Positions 63,087 to 64,000 of a DNA stretch of 64,000 bases are shown here, piece by piece. Made by a program: the position numbers and the translations under genes. The notes beneath the pieces are model-generated. The model saw only the letters and a list, made by a program, of their open reading frames with translations, did no database searches and was not told the origin of the DNA. How positions within the stretch are numbered: the stretch's first letter is position 1; each line of letters starts with the position of its first letter. Location of the stretch: the NCBI GenBank assembly GCA_039815565.1, contig JBCBZB010000001.1, positions 119,066 through 183,065 of the forward strand. Reading direction: 5' to 3'. Origin of the DNA: Planctomycetota bacterium (lineage in GTDB: Bacteria; Planctomycetota; UBA1135; UBA2386).

Positions 63087-64000
63087 TCAACGACGCTTGA
63101 GGATCACCCAGGACGAGATCAACGCCGCGCCGATCACTGCGAGGACGAGATAGCCCGATCCGGCGTACCAGCGGTCCAACTCCAGCGTGCTCGGCATGCC
63201 CAGCAGCACCCCGAACGTTGCGGTTCCGCAGGCGAGTCCCAAGAGGCCGTTGCGAACGATCCCCCAGGTGTTCAGCGCGGACTGGAGCAACGCAGCCGGC
63301 AGCGCGATGTGGATCGGCAGGCGTGACCCGGAGGCGAAGAGAACCGAGAGGACGAGGATTGCGATGAGATAGGACGTGCGCTTCCTCCGGATCAGCAGGC
63401 GCAGCATCACCAGTGCCATCAAGCTCATCATCCCGAACCCGAAGTAGCGGAATGACACCTGCAGCATCGCTCCGAGACTCGGCACTGGTCCATCGAGCGC
63501 AGCCGCTGTGATCAGGTCCTGACTGACGGGCGGCGGACCCGGGATGTCGAGCACCCTGGCTGTCCAGCCGTAGGAGAGCTCCATCAGGGCCATCCCGGCG
63601 CCAATGCCGATCCCGACGAGGGCGTTCGACCAGACGAGGCGGTCTCCGAATCGGCGTTGGAACAGCCGCGTCCAGGACACAAGGATCTCGGGCCAGATCC
63701 GACGGACATGCGGTTCGTAGCCCGCGTATAGGAGCCAGAACATCGCACCGCGAACGAGTCCTCGTACGAGTGCCCCGGTGATCAGCTGGATCTCGGCCGG
63801 CACATCAGGGGCATGGTCCGCCATGAGGTAGGTGGCGAGTGTCACCAGGAGCCCCATGAAGATCGCGCAGCGGTTGGCACCGCGAACGTCCACGCGTCGC
63901 TGACGAATCGAGTTCCAGGCGAACGGCAAGGTGCCGAGATACATGACCGCCGAGAACCAGTTGAAGATCGGGTTCGGCGAGCCGCGGCTCGCGGTCTCCC
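63087..64000 (-). CDS. Polytopic membrane protein, 5' end beyond the window
   Basis: The track ORF starts at M (63944), but the frame stays open to the window edge (...SRGSPNPIFNWFSAV-MYLGTLPFAW...). There are at least 7 hydrophobic segments. No family recognised. Confidence 0.7.
   Translation of the reverse strand, partial: ETASRGSPNPIFNWFSAVMYLGTLPFAWNSIRQRRVDVRGANRCAIFMGLLVTLATYLMADHAPDVPAEIQLITGALVRGLVRGAMFWLLYAGYEPHVRRIWPEILVSWTRLFQRRFGDRLVWSNALVGIGIGAGMALMELSYGWTARVLDIPGPPPVSQDLITAAALDGPVPSLGAMLQVSFRYFGFGMMSLMALVMLRLLIRRKRTSYLIAILVLSVLFASGSRLPIHIALPAALLQSALNTWGIVRNGLLGLACGTATFGVLLGMPSTLELDRWYAGSGYLVLAVIGAALISSWVILKRR

Noticed and set aside
1-64000. Mobile elements, CRISPR arrays, prophage, genomic-island boundaries and rRNA/tRNA genes.
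   Set aside because: I saw no transposase, integrase or recombinase motifs, and no regularly spaced direct repeats. I found no flanking long direct or inverted repeats and no obvious compositional break. Gene density and codon bias look uniform across the window.

Overview
Dense chromosomal DNA from a high-G+C diderm bacterium, roughly two-thirds G+C by eye. Diderm evidence: LpxI, an outer-membrane beta-barrel, and many lipobox, Sec and Tat signals. I call about 60 protein-coding genes, 2 probable pseudogenes and a few short repeats or palindromes. I recognised no rRNA, tRNA, CRISPR array, transposase, integrase or phage genes. Gene content falls into these groups. (1) Envelope glycosylation: a GT2/coiled-coil/GT4 set, and an ArnT/PMT-like GT-C plus a polyprenyl-phosphate GT2. 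(2) Secreted hydrolases: M28, S8, alpha/beta hydrolases, a sulfatase and a disrupted PhoD. (3) Transport: FNT channel, MscS, a MacAB-like tripartite ABC pump with two FtsX permeases, and an osmoprotectant ABC importer. (4) A DUF1338 (HglS)-type dioxygenase next to an FAD-linked oxidase. (5) Signalling: an ECF sigma factor translationally coupled to a TPR Ser/Thr kinase, and a receiver + MEDS + histidine kinase set. (6) An orphan SPPF-type DNA methyltransferase. (7) A co-directional minus-strand block (about 37.9-45 kb) of mostly uncharacterised envelope proteins: a ferric-reductase-TM/Rieske fusion, an 809-aa lipoprotein, an orphan PilT with a charged tail, and a Cys-motif protein. That block is my best candidate for an undescribed system. 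Other sequence-level observations: palindromes enclosing the stop codons at convergent gene junctions, a C-terminal tail shared by three secreted-protein loci, and an in-frame TAA splitting phoD. Many long ORFs in the track are high-GC shadow ORFs or 5' over-extensions, and I trimmed the starts accordingly. All family assignments come from motifs I recognise by eye. No searches were run.
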